A stretch of DNA of 64,000 bases. Source: a virus. Made by a program: the position numbers and the translations under genes. The notes beneath the pieces are model-generated. The model saw only the letters and a program-made list of their open reading frames with translations. It did no database searches and had not been told where the DNA came from. Each line of letters starts with the position of its first letter. Position 1 is the stretch's first letter. This document shows, piece by piece, positions 7,277-15,912 of this stretch. The DNA is taken from positions 1 through 64,000 of IMG/VR virus record IMGVR_UViG_3300042937_000802; one strand, 5' to 3'.

Positions 7277-7839
7277 TCGGCCTTCCCCCGGACGATGATC
7301 CACAGCAGGGCTTGCAGCGTGGCGGGGGCCATGCAGACGGCACCCGTTCCGGCGATGGTGCGGATCGCGTCCGCAATGGCCCGGTACTCGGTCGCGTTGG
7401 GCGCATCCTTGCCCAGTCCCGCAGCGCGGCACATCCACACATCCACCACCACCGCGTCACGGTCCCCGGCGATGGCACGGGCAAACGCGTTCGTCTTGGG
7501 GCCGCGCAGACCGTTGAAGCCCTGCCGGACGCAGCGGTCGGCAGCGTCCACGTGGGAGCGGAGGCCCTTCGGCGTGATGCCCTGCGCGTACTGGTACGCC
7601 TTCGCCTTATTGTGCGCCCAAGTGACGCGGGGCGAGAACGCGGAGACAACGGACGCGGACACTTCCATGCTCCACTCGGGGCGCAGGACGCGCAGCGACT
7701 CCGCGAAGTCTCCGGCCTCAACGTACCACTTCTGCGCGGCAGCGTAGTCGAAGAGGGTAGCCGATGCGAGGTGGCTGATGAACGACTCGATGGCGCGGGT
7801 GCGGACGGTTTCGTAGCGGTTGGTGCGGGTGGTGCTCAT
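7273..7839 (-). CDS. HhH-GPD glycosylase-like phage protein (DUF7178-like)
   Basis: QKWY...VVSAFSPRVTW...GPKTNAFARAIAGD...VVVDVWM; start MSTTRTN at leaderless promoter. Confidence 0.6.
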   Translation of the reverse strand: MSTTRTNRYETVRTRAIESFISHLASATLFDYAAAQKWYVEAGDFAESLRVLRPEWSMEVSASVVSAFSPRVTWAHNKAKAYQYAQGITPKGLRSHVDAADRCVRQGFNGLRGPKTNAFARAIAGDRDAVVVDVWMCRAAGLGKDAPNATEYRAIADAIRTIAGTGAVCMAPATLQALLWIIVRGKAE

Positions 7840-7906
7840 GCGTACATTGTAACACATGATGGGGAGTGTGTGTAGAATTGGTGGCGAGAAATTATAAATT
7901 CTTTCG

Positions 7907-7988
7907 CGTCCTATAACGCATCCAGGGCCGGCTACTATCAGGCGCAGACCATCCAATCCTCACAAATGCGCGCATTTGTGATAGTAGC
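7907..7988. repeat. Intergenic IR/palindrome element copy 5
   Basis: CGTCCTATAACG ... GCTACTATCA ... perfect palindrome TCACAAATGCGCGCATTTGTGA-TAGTAGC. Confidence 0.9.
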
Positions 7989-8064
7989 TGCCCCCAAACA
8001 ACCTAGCCCCGAACGAATCGGGGCAGGGACGAATCCTCTTCGGTTGTTAACAAGCACCACCTCG

Positions 8065-8295
8065 TTATTTGCGAGTGTTGCCCCGGTGGCCGTAGGCCAC
8101 AAACAGAATCCCATCCGGGCTTCCTGCAAACAGCATCGTGAAGAAACAGAGGAAGCAGGTGGAGGGCAGGAGCGCCCACCACAGCCATGCGTGGGGAGCG
8201 GGCTGGGTCAGCGCCCAGACCATCACGCCCGAAACGAATGAGCCGAGGAGGATGACGAGGGCAGAGAAGAGACGATTGCGAATGGTGGTGTTCAT
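8065..8295 (-). CDS. Two-TM membrane protein
   Basis: 76 aa, two hydrophobic segments; leaderless promoter 8296-8333. Confidence 0.75.
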   Translation of the reverse strand: MNTTIRNRLFSALVILLGSFVSGVMVWALTQPAPHAWLWWALLPSTCFLCFFTMLFAGSPDGILFVAYGHRGNTRK

Positions 8296-8347
8296 GTGCG
8301 TATTGTACCGTATGAGGGGGAGTGTGTGGGAAAGTATTCCCGAAAGT

Positions 8348-8701
8348 TTAGTGATTGTTCTCCACGCAGTCCGCGTCGATTCCGCAGACTTCCACCTGCG
8401 ACACGCGGAAGGAACGCAGTCCGCCGCTCATGTAGTCGAAGTAGACGATGTTGTAGTTTGCGAGGTCGGCGGACTCGGATTCGCGGATGGAGCGGATATC
8501 GGACTCCGTACCGTACTTGCCCACGAGCGTGGGGTTACGGGTGCAGACTCGGCTGGTGCGGGTACCGTCATTCTTGATGTACTGGACGCGCACCCACCCG
8601 GAGTCGAGCGCGGTGTAGAGGAACGCAGCGCGCTCCCACACGGGGAGGGTACGGGCGGGGAGGGGGAGGACGATGAGGTTACGGGTGGAGGTGGTGTTCA
8701 T
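8348..8701 (-). CDS. WYL_2/DUF2693-like SH3-fold protein
   Basis: VQYIKNDGTRTSRVCTRNP...YFDYMSGGLRSFR; start MNTTSTR at leaderless promoter. Confidence 0.75.
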   Translation of the reverse strand: MNTTSTRNLIVLPLPARTLPVWERAAFLYTALDSGWVRVQYIKNDGTRTSRVCTRNPTLVGKYGTESDIRSIRESESADLANYNIVYFDYMSGGLRSFRVSQVEVCGIDADCVENNH

Positions 8702-8814
8702 GCGTACATTGTAACACATGATAGGGAGTGTGTGTAGAATTGGCAGCAAATATTTCGGTGGAAAGTTTGGAGGTATTTAAACACACACTCCCCCAAGTGT
8801 GATACAATACTCGC
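8702..8814. promoter_or_regulatory. Divergent pair of CACACTCCC-box leaderless promoters
   Basis: Leftward copy 8702-8741; rightward ACACACACTCCCCCAAGTGTGA-TACAAT-6nt-ATG(8815). Confidence 0.85.
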
Positions 8815-9072
8815 ATGAGCACCCCCACTACCAACCACGAGCACGAACACTTCCCCTGCGACTGCCACCGCCCCGAGCACGCCTACACGGACAGCCTCTG
8901 CCCGATGTGCGAGGAGCAGCGCGAGCGCGAGCGCGAGGAGCGCAGGGCGCAGGATGACGCGGAGCGCAAGGCCAATAACGATGCGTTCAGCGATGCGGCT
9001 AGCCGGATGAGCCGCGAAGATTGGGACGCCGATAACGACTGGCTAGCAAGCGCGGGATGGGGCGAGATGTAA
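8815..9072 (+). CDS. Small putative Zn-binding protein
   Basis: CDC..H...CPMC then charged helix; C-terminal DWLASAGWGEM. Confidence 0.75.
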   Translation: MSTPTTNHEHEHFPCDCHRPEHAYTDSLCPMCEEQREREREERRAQDDAERKANNDAFSDAASRMSREDWDADNDWLASAGWGEM

Positions 9073-9455
9073 GCCCACCGCCTACCCACCAGCCACACGC
9101 CGGCCCCGAAGCACGCCCCTACCCGTTACACGGGTCGAATGATGGGCAGCAGAGGGCCGGCGATGTTATTAATAAAGAATTAACATAGGGGGGTAGGCCC
9201 TGGGGGTGTGTCCGAGTAGTAATTTGGGTCCCATACACGGGGGGGTTATCGGACGGGCTAGCCACACCGACCCCTTCTAATTTTCTCTAATATTCTCAAA
9301 AAAACTTTTTGGCCCCCTAAGCCTCTCAAAGTCCATTTATAAAACGACCCCCTTTTTCAAAATACATGGTATGGCATAAAAAAAATTTGGGCCCCCGAAG
9401 GAGCCCAAAAGTTTATGATAAAATTTTTAAGTTATTTTAATCTTTGATTGTATGA

Positions 9456-10034
9456 TTAACTTCGTCTAACTGGTTTAACTTTGCTGGAATCGACTAGTAT
9501 TGTGGTAGGACTGTCACCACCTTGATCATACCAAGCATCAAAAAGAGGATTGCCGGGAGATTTTCTTCCTTTCATAAAATCTTCGACATGATCTGCAACA
9601 TCATGATAGTGTATGCCGGGAAAGGCATGTATTGGTATATGAACTTCCGGTCCTCTGCTTCCATCTGGTCTGACATGTCTTCCAGAAATGTTTATATCGC
9701 TTGGATCCCAGTGGGTTTTACCAAATTCAAATGGTGCGTCTATATCTAAAATTTCAAAAGGAAGATGTTGTGGTTTCTTTTTTATTCTTTCTTCTTTTAT
9801 CTCTTCCTTTTCTTTTATTATATCAGATGATACTACTTTGCCTTTTCCAAGTTTCATTGCTTTAGGATCAGATTTTTTTGTCTCATCTTCATTATTATTT
9901 TCTTTAGAAGAAGGAATTATTCCACCTTCTCCAAATTCTGTTTCTTGGACTTCATTTAAAGTTTTTTGAAGACAAATAATTTTTTCTTGAAGGTTTTCAC
10001 AAAGATTTTTATAATAGTTTGTTAGGTAGTCCAT
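9456..10034 (-). CDS. Putative internal head protein (MDYLTNYY leader family)
   Basis: Late promoter TATAAATA 5 nt before ATG; leader ending LNE. Confidence 0.7.
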   Translation of the reverse strand: MDYLTNYYKNLCENLQEKIICLQKTLNEVQETEFGEGGIIPSSKENNNEDETKKSDPKAMKLGKGKVVSSDIIKEKEEIKEERIKKKPQHLPFEILDIDAPFEFGKTHWDPSDINISGRHVRPDGSRGPEVHIPIHAFPGIHYHDVADHVEDFMKGRKSPGNPLFDAWYDQGGDSPTTILVDSSKVKPVRRS

Positions 10035-10042
10035 AAAATTAT

Positions 10043-10558
10043 TTATAATATTGTCGTGTAATCTCTGTGAGGTCTGCCTTTTGATGAAATAAACCGATCT
10101 ACATGCTCTGGTTCCATGAGTTCATGTGATATGCTCTTTGCGGTTGCATGTACACTTCGTGGGTCAGCGATGTCGATTCGATATGTTGCATCTGGAATCT
10201 TGTTTGCATGACGACGAACTGTTTCGTGAACCTGACGAGTGTTTCCTTCAAAATTTATGTCCTTGCCGTCAGCATAGCTACGAACCCATCCAGCATCAAA
10301 AAGAAATTTGAGTGGATGTCCTTCAATGGTATCAACACTGTCCTTTACATCTTTCAAATTTGCCTTTAAAATTTGGGGATCAATTCCAAAATTTTTATGA
10401 TTTTTTATGAAGTAAGTTTGATGACTGAAATCATCTTCATCAAACGCCAATACCTTTCCAGTCTCTGGATGATACCACGAAGATCCCTGTACCTCTGAGA
10501 TATGAGGGTCTACGGGTTTGGCTTTGGCTTCTGTGAGGAATTCAATGAAGGATAGCAT
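10043..10558 (-). CDS. Putative internal head protein with capsid-targeting-like N-terminus
   Basis: MLSFIEFLTEA; GATAAATA 5 nt before ATG. Confidence 0.7.
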   Translation of the reverse strand: MLSFIEFLTEAKAKPVDPHISEVQGSSWYHPETGKVLAFDEDDFSHQTYFIKNHKNFGIDPQILKANLKDVKDSVDTIEGHPLKFLFDAGWVRSYADGKDINFEGNTRQVHETVRRHANKIPDATYRIDIADPRSVHATAKSISHELMEPEHVDRFISSKGRPHRDYTTIL

Positions 10559-10628
10559 AAGAATATTTATCAAAACCGAAAAAACGGAGGGGTGGCGGGT
10601 GACCTAAATAGTCTTTTAAGGAGATACT

Positions 10629-10787
10629 ATGCTAGATAAGATTAAGAATTTTGTGAAGTCTGTTTCGTCCACCACTTGGATCGTCGTTGCCGTGGGTGTA
10701 TTGGCTGTGGTTATTTTGACCCTATCAAGCCAGAGCAAGGGCAAGGAGGCTGGTCCTGCAGCCGTAGAGACTCCTGCTACCAAGTGA
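10629..10787 (+). CDS. 52-aa single-TM protein, not in ORF track
   Basis: CTAAATA promoter, AAGGAG RBS, MLDKIKNFVKSVSSTTWIVVAVGVLAVVILTLSS...; hairpin at 10809-10840. Confidence 0.7.
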   Translation: MLDKIKNFVKSVSSTTWIVVAVGVLAVVILTLSSQSKGKEAGPAAVETPATK

Positions 10788-10929
10788 GTCTATAAGTCAC
10801 TGTAGAACAAAAAGAGATCCAAGAAATTGGATCTCTTCTTATTTTAAATTTTATTTAATTTTTATGCTCTTGGATTCAGCAATCTATTAGTTTGAGCATA
10901 TTTTTTTTATATTGCATTTCAGCAAATGT

Positions 10930-12060
10930 TTAAGACCTTGTATTGTCGTATGGTGTCATGCCATATTTTCTGTATTGTTCTGGAGTTTGTGGAATTAGTC
11001 CCATGGGAACATCTTCTCTTTTTTCTTGTGGAATTCCATATCTTCTTCTTTGTTCTGGAGTTTGTGGAATGATACCGTATTTTTCTGATTCTGGTGTCAT
11101 TCCATATCTTCTTCTTTGTTCTGGAGTTTGTGGAATGATACCGTATTTTTCTGATTCTGGTGGAAGTATATTAATACCATCATCATATGAAACAGATTCT
11201 GGATCCAGATCTGGACTATATGGAAGTTTAAATGGACTAGGCATTTTTTGCTTGGAATTAAATTTTCCAAATTGATTTACCATATCAACATGGTTTGAAT
11301 CTAATTTTCCATTTTCCCTGAACTGGCGAAGACCTTCTTGATACATAGCATCATTCATTGCCAATTTTTCTCTATCTGTTCTTACAGCCATGCTTTTTTG
11401 TGTTCTAAGACTTGTTGGATCTTCTTGCCAACTTCTGGCAAAACTACCAGCAGCAGCCGGTCCACCCATTGCATTATTTTTTCTAGAATCGATAGTGGCA
11501 TTGATTGTATTGAGAGCACTTACCTTTGAAGCCCCCAAAGCAGCACCGCCTCTTCCTTGTCTAACTGCATCTTGGCTATTTGAATATTGTGCGGCTCGCA
11601 TGTCTTCTAGTCTTTTGGTGTTCAAAGTTGGTGCAACTCTTGCCTGATCTTCTGCAGACAATGTGGACATAGCATTTATATCTGAATAACGTGTAGATCC
11701 ACCTTGGCCTGCCACTCCAGTTACTGCTCCTGGAGCTGCACTTCTGGCAATTGATTGACTACTAAATCTTGCTCTGGCTGCAAGATTGGGTGCAGTTTTT
11801 GCAAGTTCATCATAATTTTCTCTAGATCTTGCACGATCTAAAGAATCTTTAGTTGCTTGGTTAGCAACATCCAAATAACTTTTACCAGTTGTTGGATTTA
11901 CTTTATTTTGACGTGCAGCACGATCTGCATCCATTTTTGCAATAGTATCCAATAAAGCTTTGCTATCATCTTTTGTTTTTTGAGATAACGCTTCGTGTAG
12001 ACGAAGTTGGTTTGCAGCGTCTTGAAGATTGTTTGAAAATATTAGGTGGTCTTTGAACAT
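10930..12060 (-). CDS. Putative virion/internal protein with C-terminal repeats
   Basis: 376 aa; (K/R)YGxxPQTPEQRRRYG repeats. Confidence 0.75.
   Translation of the reverse strand: MFKDHLIFSNNLQDAANQLRLHEALSQKTKDDSKALLDTIAKMDADRAARQNKVNPTTGKSYLDVANQATKDSLDRARSRENYDELAKTAPNLAARARFSSQSIARSAAPGAVTGVAGQGGSTRYSDINAMSTLSAEDQARVAPTLNTKRLEDMRAAQYSNSQDAVRQGRGGAALGASKVSALNTINATIDSRKNNAMGGPAAAGSFARSWQEDPTSLRTQKSMAVRTDREKLAMNDAMYQEGLRQFRENGKLDSNHVDMVNQFGKFNSKQKMPSPFKLPYSPDLDPESVSYDDGINILPPESEKYGIIPQTPEQRRRYGMTPESEKYGIIPQTPEQRRRYGIPQEKREDVPMGLIPQTPEQYRKYGMTPYDNTRS
11034..11162. repeat. 66-bp tandem repeat (2 copies plus degenerate third)
   Basis: TTCCATATCTTCTTCTTTGTTCTGGAGTTTGTGGAATGATACCGTATTTTTCTGATTCTGGTG duplicated. 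Confidence 0.9.
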
Positions 12061-12064
12061 TTTT

Positions 12065-13930
12065 TTATCTTTTGACTTTACTTTGATTATATTGCATTAA
12101 CATCAAGTTACGTTGTTTTGGTGACATTGTATTAAATTTTTCTGCACCATAGAGACGCAAGAACAATTTATCTAAATTATTTTGATCCATGGTAGATTTA
12201 TCTTTAGATAAAATAATTTCTTGATCTTTAGGAGGTACTGGTGTTGGGGTTGGAGTGGGTGCCTTGGAGTATCTTCTGCCCATTCTATTCGCGTACATCT
12301 GAGCAAGTTTTCTTGCATTTTCTAATTCTGCTGAAGAAGATTGTTTATCTGTATCTTCATCATCAGGAAAATCTGCAAGATCCATGGGTTGATTCATTCC
12401 ACCAGTGGATATAGTTTGTCCAGAAAGTTCAGCTTCCCGAGCCTTACGTTGTTGGGTATCTCTTTGTCCTTGTTTTTCTCTTTCGGCCATCATTTGATTT
12501 AACATTTTGGCTTGACGATTTAGTCTCGCAGTTTCTTCTGGGGTTTGTCCACTGTTATCTTCTGAAAATCTAAAATTTTCAGGATTTGTTGTAAAACCCA
12601 TTTTACCACTTTCTTTGTCAAAAGCAGTATCGGCTAAACGTCCTCCAAAAAATTTATGAACTTCGTTATTGCTTATGGCAGAAGTCATCATTTCATGTTG
12701 TTCTTCTGTAGTAAGATTATTCCAAGCCTCTGATTCGGGAACAACATATGTTGTTCTTCTAGATTGGGCTCTTCCCATTTCAGGAATTTTAGTTTCTGTT
12801 GCATCTGGTTCTGGTGTATTTTGGTTCATACCAGTTAGTTTCATGATCGTATCAGTAACTTCTTTTGAATTTAATGAAGTAGCTGGTGTTGGTTCGGGGT
12901 TATCAGACGCAGAAGGCTCATTTTTTGTTGAGTCTTTTTGTGGTCTTGTTAAAGACAGAAGTGCTTTATTTTTAAAAAACTTGGCTGCCAATGGATTTTT
13001 AAGTTGATTCCAAGCATCCAATACATTTGGGTTTCGCATATCTTCACTTCCATATACTCCTTGAGTACCTTCACCTTCTAAATAGCGATTACCTCTAAAA
13101 TCTGGGTTATCTGGTATAAAACCTCTCTCCCTTGCCTTTGCGACTCTTTCAGCAAATTGTGGGCTATCTTTAAAAGTAGAAAAATTACGAGTAGTGGCTG
13201 TTGGTTCTGCTGTTGGTTCTGCTGTTTGAGAAGGCTTAGCACCTTTTCTTCCGGGACCTACAGGCTGTGCTTCACCACTTCCCTGACGGGCTTTTTCAAC
13301 TTCCAATTCTCTATCATATGCTGCCAAAGACTTAACTGGTTGCGCAGATGTTGTTGGAGCGGATGATGGAGTGGAAGAAGGAGCAGCTTCTTTTGCTTGA
13401 TTTTGCAAGCCTACAGCATATTCCTGTGCTCGTTTGTAAGCATCAACTCCTCTTTGAGCAACTTGATTTGATGTCATGGAAGTATCCATTGGCTTTCCAG
13501 CATCACCACCCAATGTGTCAATGACTCCACGGCGCATTGCTTCAATCTTACGAGGATCTTCTCCAAGTTTTTGTGCATATCTTTCAACCCAGTCACCAGC
13601 AACGCGATCAGTTTTATAATCTGATGATTGTTTTATGGATGGATCTAATTCTACCTTAGCACTTGCACCTTGTCTTCTGGCTAGTTCTGCCTGAGCATCT
13701 CTATATGCTTGATTTTGCTTATCATCTGGAATTGCTGGACCAAATGCATTTGATCTCTTATTTTGTTTCATCTGATCACGAAGTTGTTCATCACTGAAAG
13801 TTTGCTGCCCTTGGCCAGTACCACTAAAGGTTGATGCAGGAGCATCTTCATTTAATAAATTTTGAAGAATGTTAATTTTGCTTTGATATTGTTCGCACAA
13901 ATTTCTATAGTGGTTAGTTAGATAATTCAT
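12065..13930 (-). CDS. Putative internal head protein (MNYLTNHY leader family)
   Basis: Start reassigned to 13930, TATAAATA 5 nt upstream; low-complexity P/T/E/Q-rich. Confidence 0.75.
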   Translation of the reverse strand: MNYLTNHYRNLCEQYQSKINILQNLLNEDAPASTFSGTGQGQQTFSDEQLRDQMKQNKRSNAFGPAIPDDKQNQAYRDAQAELARRQGASAKVELDPSIKQSSDYKTDRVAGDWVERYAQKLGEDPRKIEAMRRGVIDTLGGDAGKPMDTSMTSNQVAQRGVDAYKRAQEYAVGLQNQAKEAAPSSTPSSAPTTSAQPVKSLAAYDRELEVEKARQGSGEAQPVGPGRKGAKPSQTAEPTAEPTATTRNFSTFKDSPQFAERVAKARERGFIPDNPDFRGNRYLEGEGTQGVYGSEDMRNPNVLDAWNQLKNPLAAKFFKNKALLSLTRPQKDSTKNEPSASDNPEPTPATSLNSKEVTDTIMKLTGMNQNTPEPDATETKIPEMGRAQSRRTTYVVPESEAWNNLTTEEQHEMMTSAISNNEVHKFFGGRLADTAFDKESGKMGFTTNPENFRFSEDNSGQTPEETARLNRQAKMLNQMMAEREKQGQRDTQQRKAREAELSGQTISTGGMNQPMDLADFPDDEDTDKQSSSAELENARKLAQMYANRMGRRYSKAPTPTPTPVPPKDQEIILSKDKSTMDQNNLDKLFLRLYGAEKFNTMSPKQRNLMLMQYNQSKVKR

Positions 13931-13958
13931 AAAATTATTTATATACATAAATATCTTT

Positions 13959-15347
13959 ATGGACCATATCACTAAATTATACCAGAATCGTGCCAAAGTT
14001 TTACAAGAAGAAGTCAATCGTCTTGAAGGATTGTTAGAGGCTGTGGTCGATGCTCCTCCAATAAAAATGAGTCAGCGTACAAGAAATGAGGCTGCTTCAA
14101 ACGCAAAAGCAGCTGCAGATGCGCAAGCAGCCGCAAAAGCAGCTGCAGATGCAGAAATTAAAAAAACTGAAGAAGCTAGAAAAGATATTGAAGAAAGACC
14201 AATTTTAGGTCGTATTGAATCGGGATTAAACTCAACTGGAGAGGCAATTAGTAATATAGGAAATGTTTTTGATAATCCATATGTACAGGCAGCAACAATC
14301 GGAACTCTAGGAAGTGTTGCTTATGGATTGGCAACTCCACGTATAATACCCGGTGCTCCAATGGATAAAACTGCTTCCAGTATATTTCATACACATAAAT
14401 GGGATATGGGTGTAAATAAATATACTGGTCTTCCAGATACTTCTTATTCAACAGTAGTACCAAAAGGAAAAAGATCTTGGAATATATTTACAAATCCATT
14501 AGGTTTTAGAGGAACATTAATGGATCGTATTGTGTCTAAAATAGGAAAACAAAAAGGTTTACAACAAGAAATAGCTAGCATAAAAGCCGTTGAAGAAGCT
14601 AAAGCAATTGCAGCCGCTAATGAACTTTCATTAGAAAGAACACAAAAAAAATTAATTAGTCGTACTGCAAACAATATTCAACCCGGAGAAGTTGGGTTAA
14701 GTGGAGAGTTGTTGCGAGATCCAAATCTCAAAATTGGAGAAAGAGGATCCATGAAAGATGCTGGTATAGATGTAGTACGCGAAAGAGTCAAAGCTGCAAC
14801 TGCAACAGAAAGTGGTGTTGAGGGTGGTAGATTGACAGCTGGTGCAGAAAAAATGTTAAGACAAAAAAATTCACCAGTATTAAGATCTATTGGAGCAATA
14901 ACTCCAGAAGATGTAGAGATGGCAATGCAAGGCGCAAAAGATATTGCAATGACTGGTAAAGAAGTTGCAGGTAAAGTTGGTAGAGCAGCAACTACACCTC
15001 TCCCCGGTTCTTCCAGTGCTGTTGTATCTGGGCTTTCTAAACTAGGTGCTGGAGTTGTAGGTGGATTGGCAGGAGAATATCTTGTTAAACCTGCAGCAGA
15101 AAAAGCAGGAGTATTTAAAGCCGTTGAATCTGGAACTAGATCAGCACTATCTGCTGCTCCTGATTGGGTAGCCAAAGTTGCAGATCCTGCTTTAGGTGCA
15201 GCTCAAGTTATACTAGATCCTCTTTCTTCGGCAGTGTCTGCTATGCAAAAACCAATGGAACAAGGTGCTGAAAAAGAAGCAGAAGAATTAGTTAAAAGAG
15301 CAGGGTCACCTTCAAAAATTAGATTTACTGGAAAATCAAAAATTTAA
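13959..15347 (+). CDS. Putative internal/ejection protein with Gly/Ala hydrophobic segments
   Basis: CATAAATA 5 nt before ATG; MDHITKLY...LLEA leader. Confidence 0.75.
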   Translation: MDHITKLYQNRAKVLQEEVNRLEGLLEAVVDAPPIKMSQRTRNEAASNAKAAADAQAAAKAAADAEIKKTEEARKDIEERPILGRIESGLNSTGEAISNIGNVFDNPYVQAATIGTLGSVAYGLATPRIIPGAPMDKTASSIFHTHKWDMGVNKYTGLPDTSYSTVVPKGKRSWNIFTNPLGFRGTLMDRIVSKIGKQKGLQQEIASIKAVEEAKAIAAANELSLERTQKKLISRTANNIQPGEVGLSGELLRDPNLKIGERGSMKDAGIDVVRERVKAATATESGVEGGRLTAGAEKMLRQKNSPVLRSIGAITPEDVEMAMQGAKDIAMTGKEVAGKVGRAATTPLPGSSSAVVSGLSKLGAGVVGGLAGEYLVKPAAEKAGVFKAVESGTRSALSAAPDWVAKVADPALGAAQVILDPLSSAVSAMQKPMEQGAEKEAEELVKRAGSPSKIRFTGKSKI

Positions 15348-15351
15348 TATT

Positions 15352-15537
15352 ATGAAAAGACTAGAAGATACAGTAAAAAAAGTATTGAACGAGAATGCCA
15401 ACAAACCTTCTCCTCTTGCAGAGATCTATAAGAGATCTGCAGAGAGAGTAAAGTTTTTAGATCCTGCTGCACAGACTGCTGATACTATTGCAGCCAAGTA
15501 TGGTAATATGTTCAAAAAGAAATCTAAGGATACTTAA
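15352..15537 (+). CDS. Hypothetical protein
   Basis: 61 aa, MKRLEDTVKKVLNE. Confidence 0.6.
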   Translation: MKRLEDTVKKVLNENANKPSPLAEIYKRSAERVKFLDPAAQTADTIAAKYGNMFKKKSKDT

Positions 15538-15660
15538 GGTTACTCTATAGTAACTTTAAATATACTTCTGTAGTATTTTTTTATAATTTATCTATAGTAA
15601 CTTTAAAGTTTCTGTAAGTATATCATGTACTTCAAGGCCGTCAAGTAACAATAAATACTT

Positions 15661-15912
15661 TTGGCGATGATTAACAAAACCGAGAACAAAATTGGAACTT
15701 TCTTGACTCTGACTTACAACAGTAAGAACGAGGACAAAATGATTGCAGATTACATTGGTGAAATTCAAAAATTAAAGAAGTATCCCTTCAGCAATGTGTT
15801 TATCAAAATTCCAATATATGTTCTTGAGAAGTTTTTGAATAAAACCAAAGAATGTGATTTAATGTATAAAGAGCTTCAATTAAAAGATAAAATTGCAGTA
15901 ATACATTACTAA
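15661..15912 (+). CDS. Hypothetical protein
   Basis: 83-aa ORF, start uncertain. Confidence 0.55.
   Translation: MAMINKTENKIGTFLTLTYNSKNEDKMIADYIGEIQKLKKYPFSNVFIKIPIYVLEKFLNKTKECDLMYKELQLKDKIAVIHY

Noticed and set aside
1051-7988. Repeats as integron attC sites
   Set aside because: The GTTATGG-like box has no complementary RYYYAAC at the other end, no integrase in the window, and each unit has its own promoter
1051-7988. Repeats as CRISPR array or REP/RAYT elements
   Set aside because: Dispersed at kb spacing with genes between; no cas or RAYT gene; GTAG is not 5' of the hairpin as in REPs
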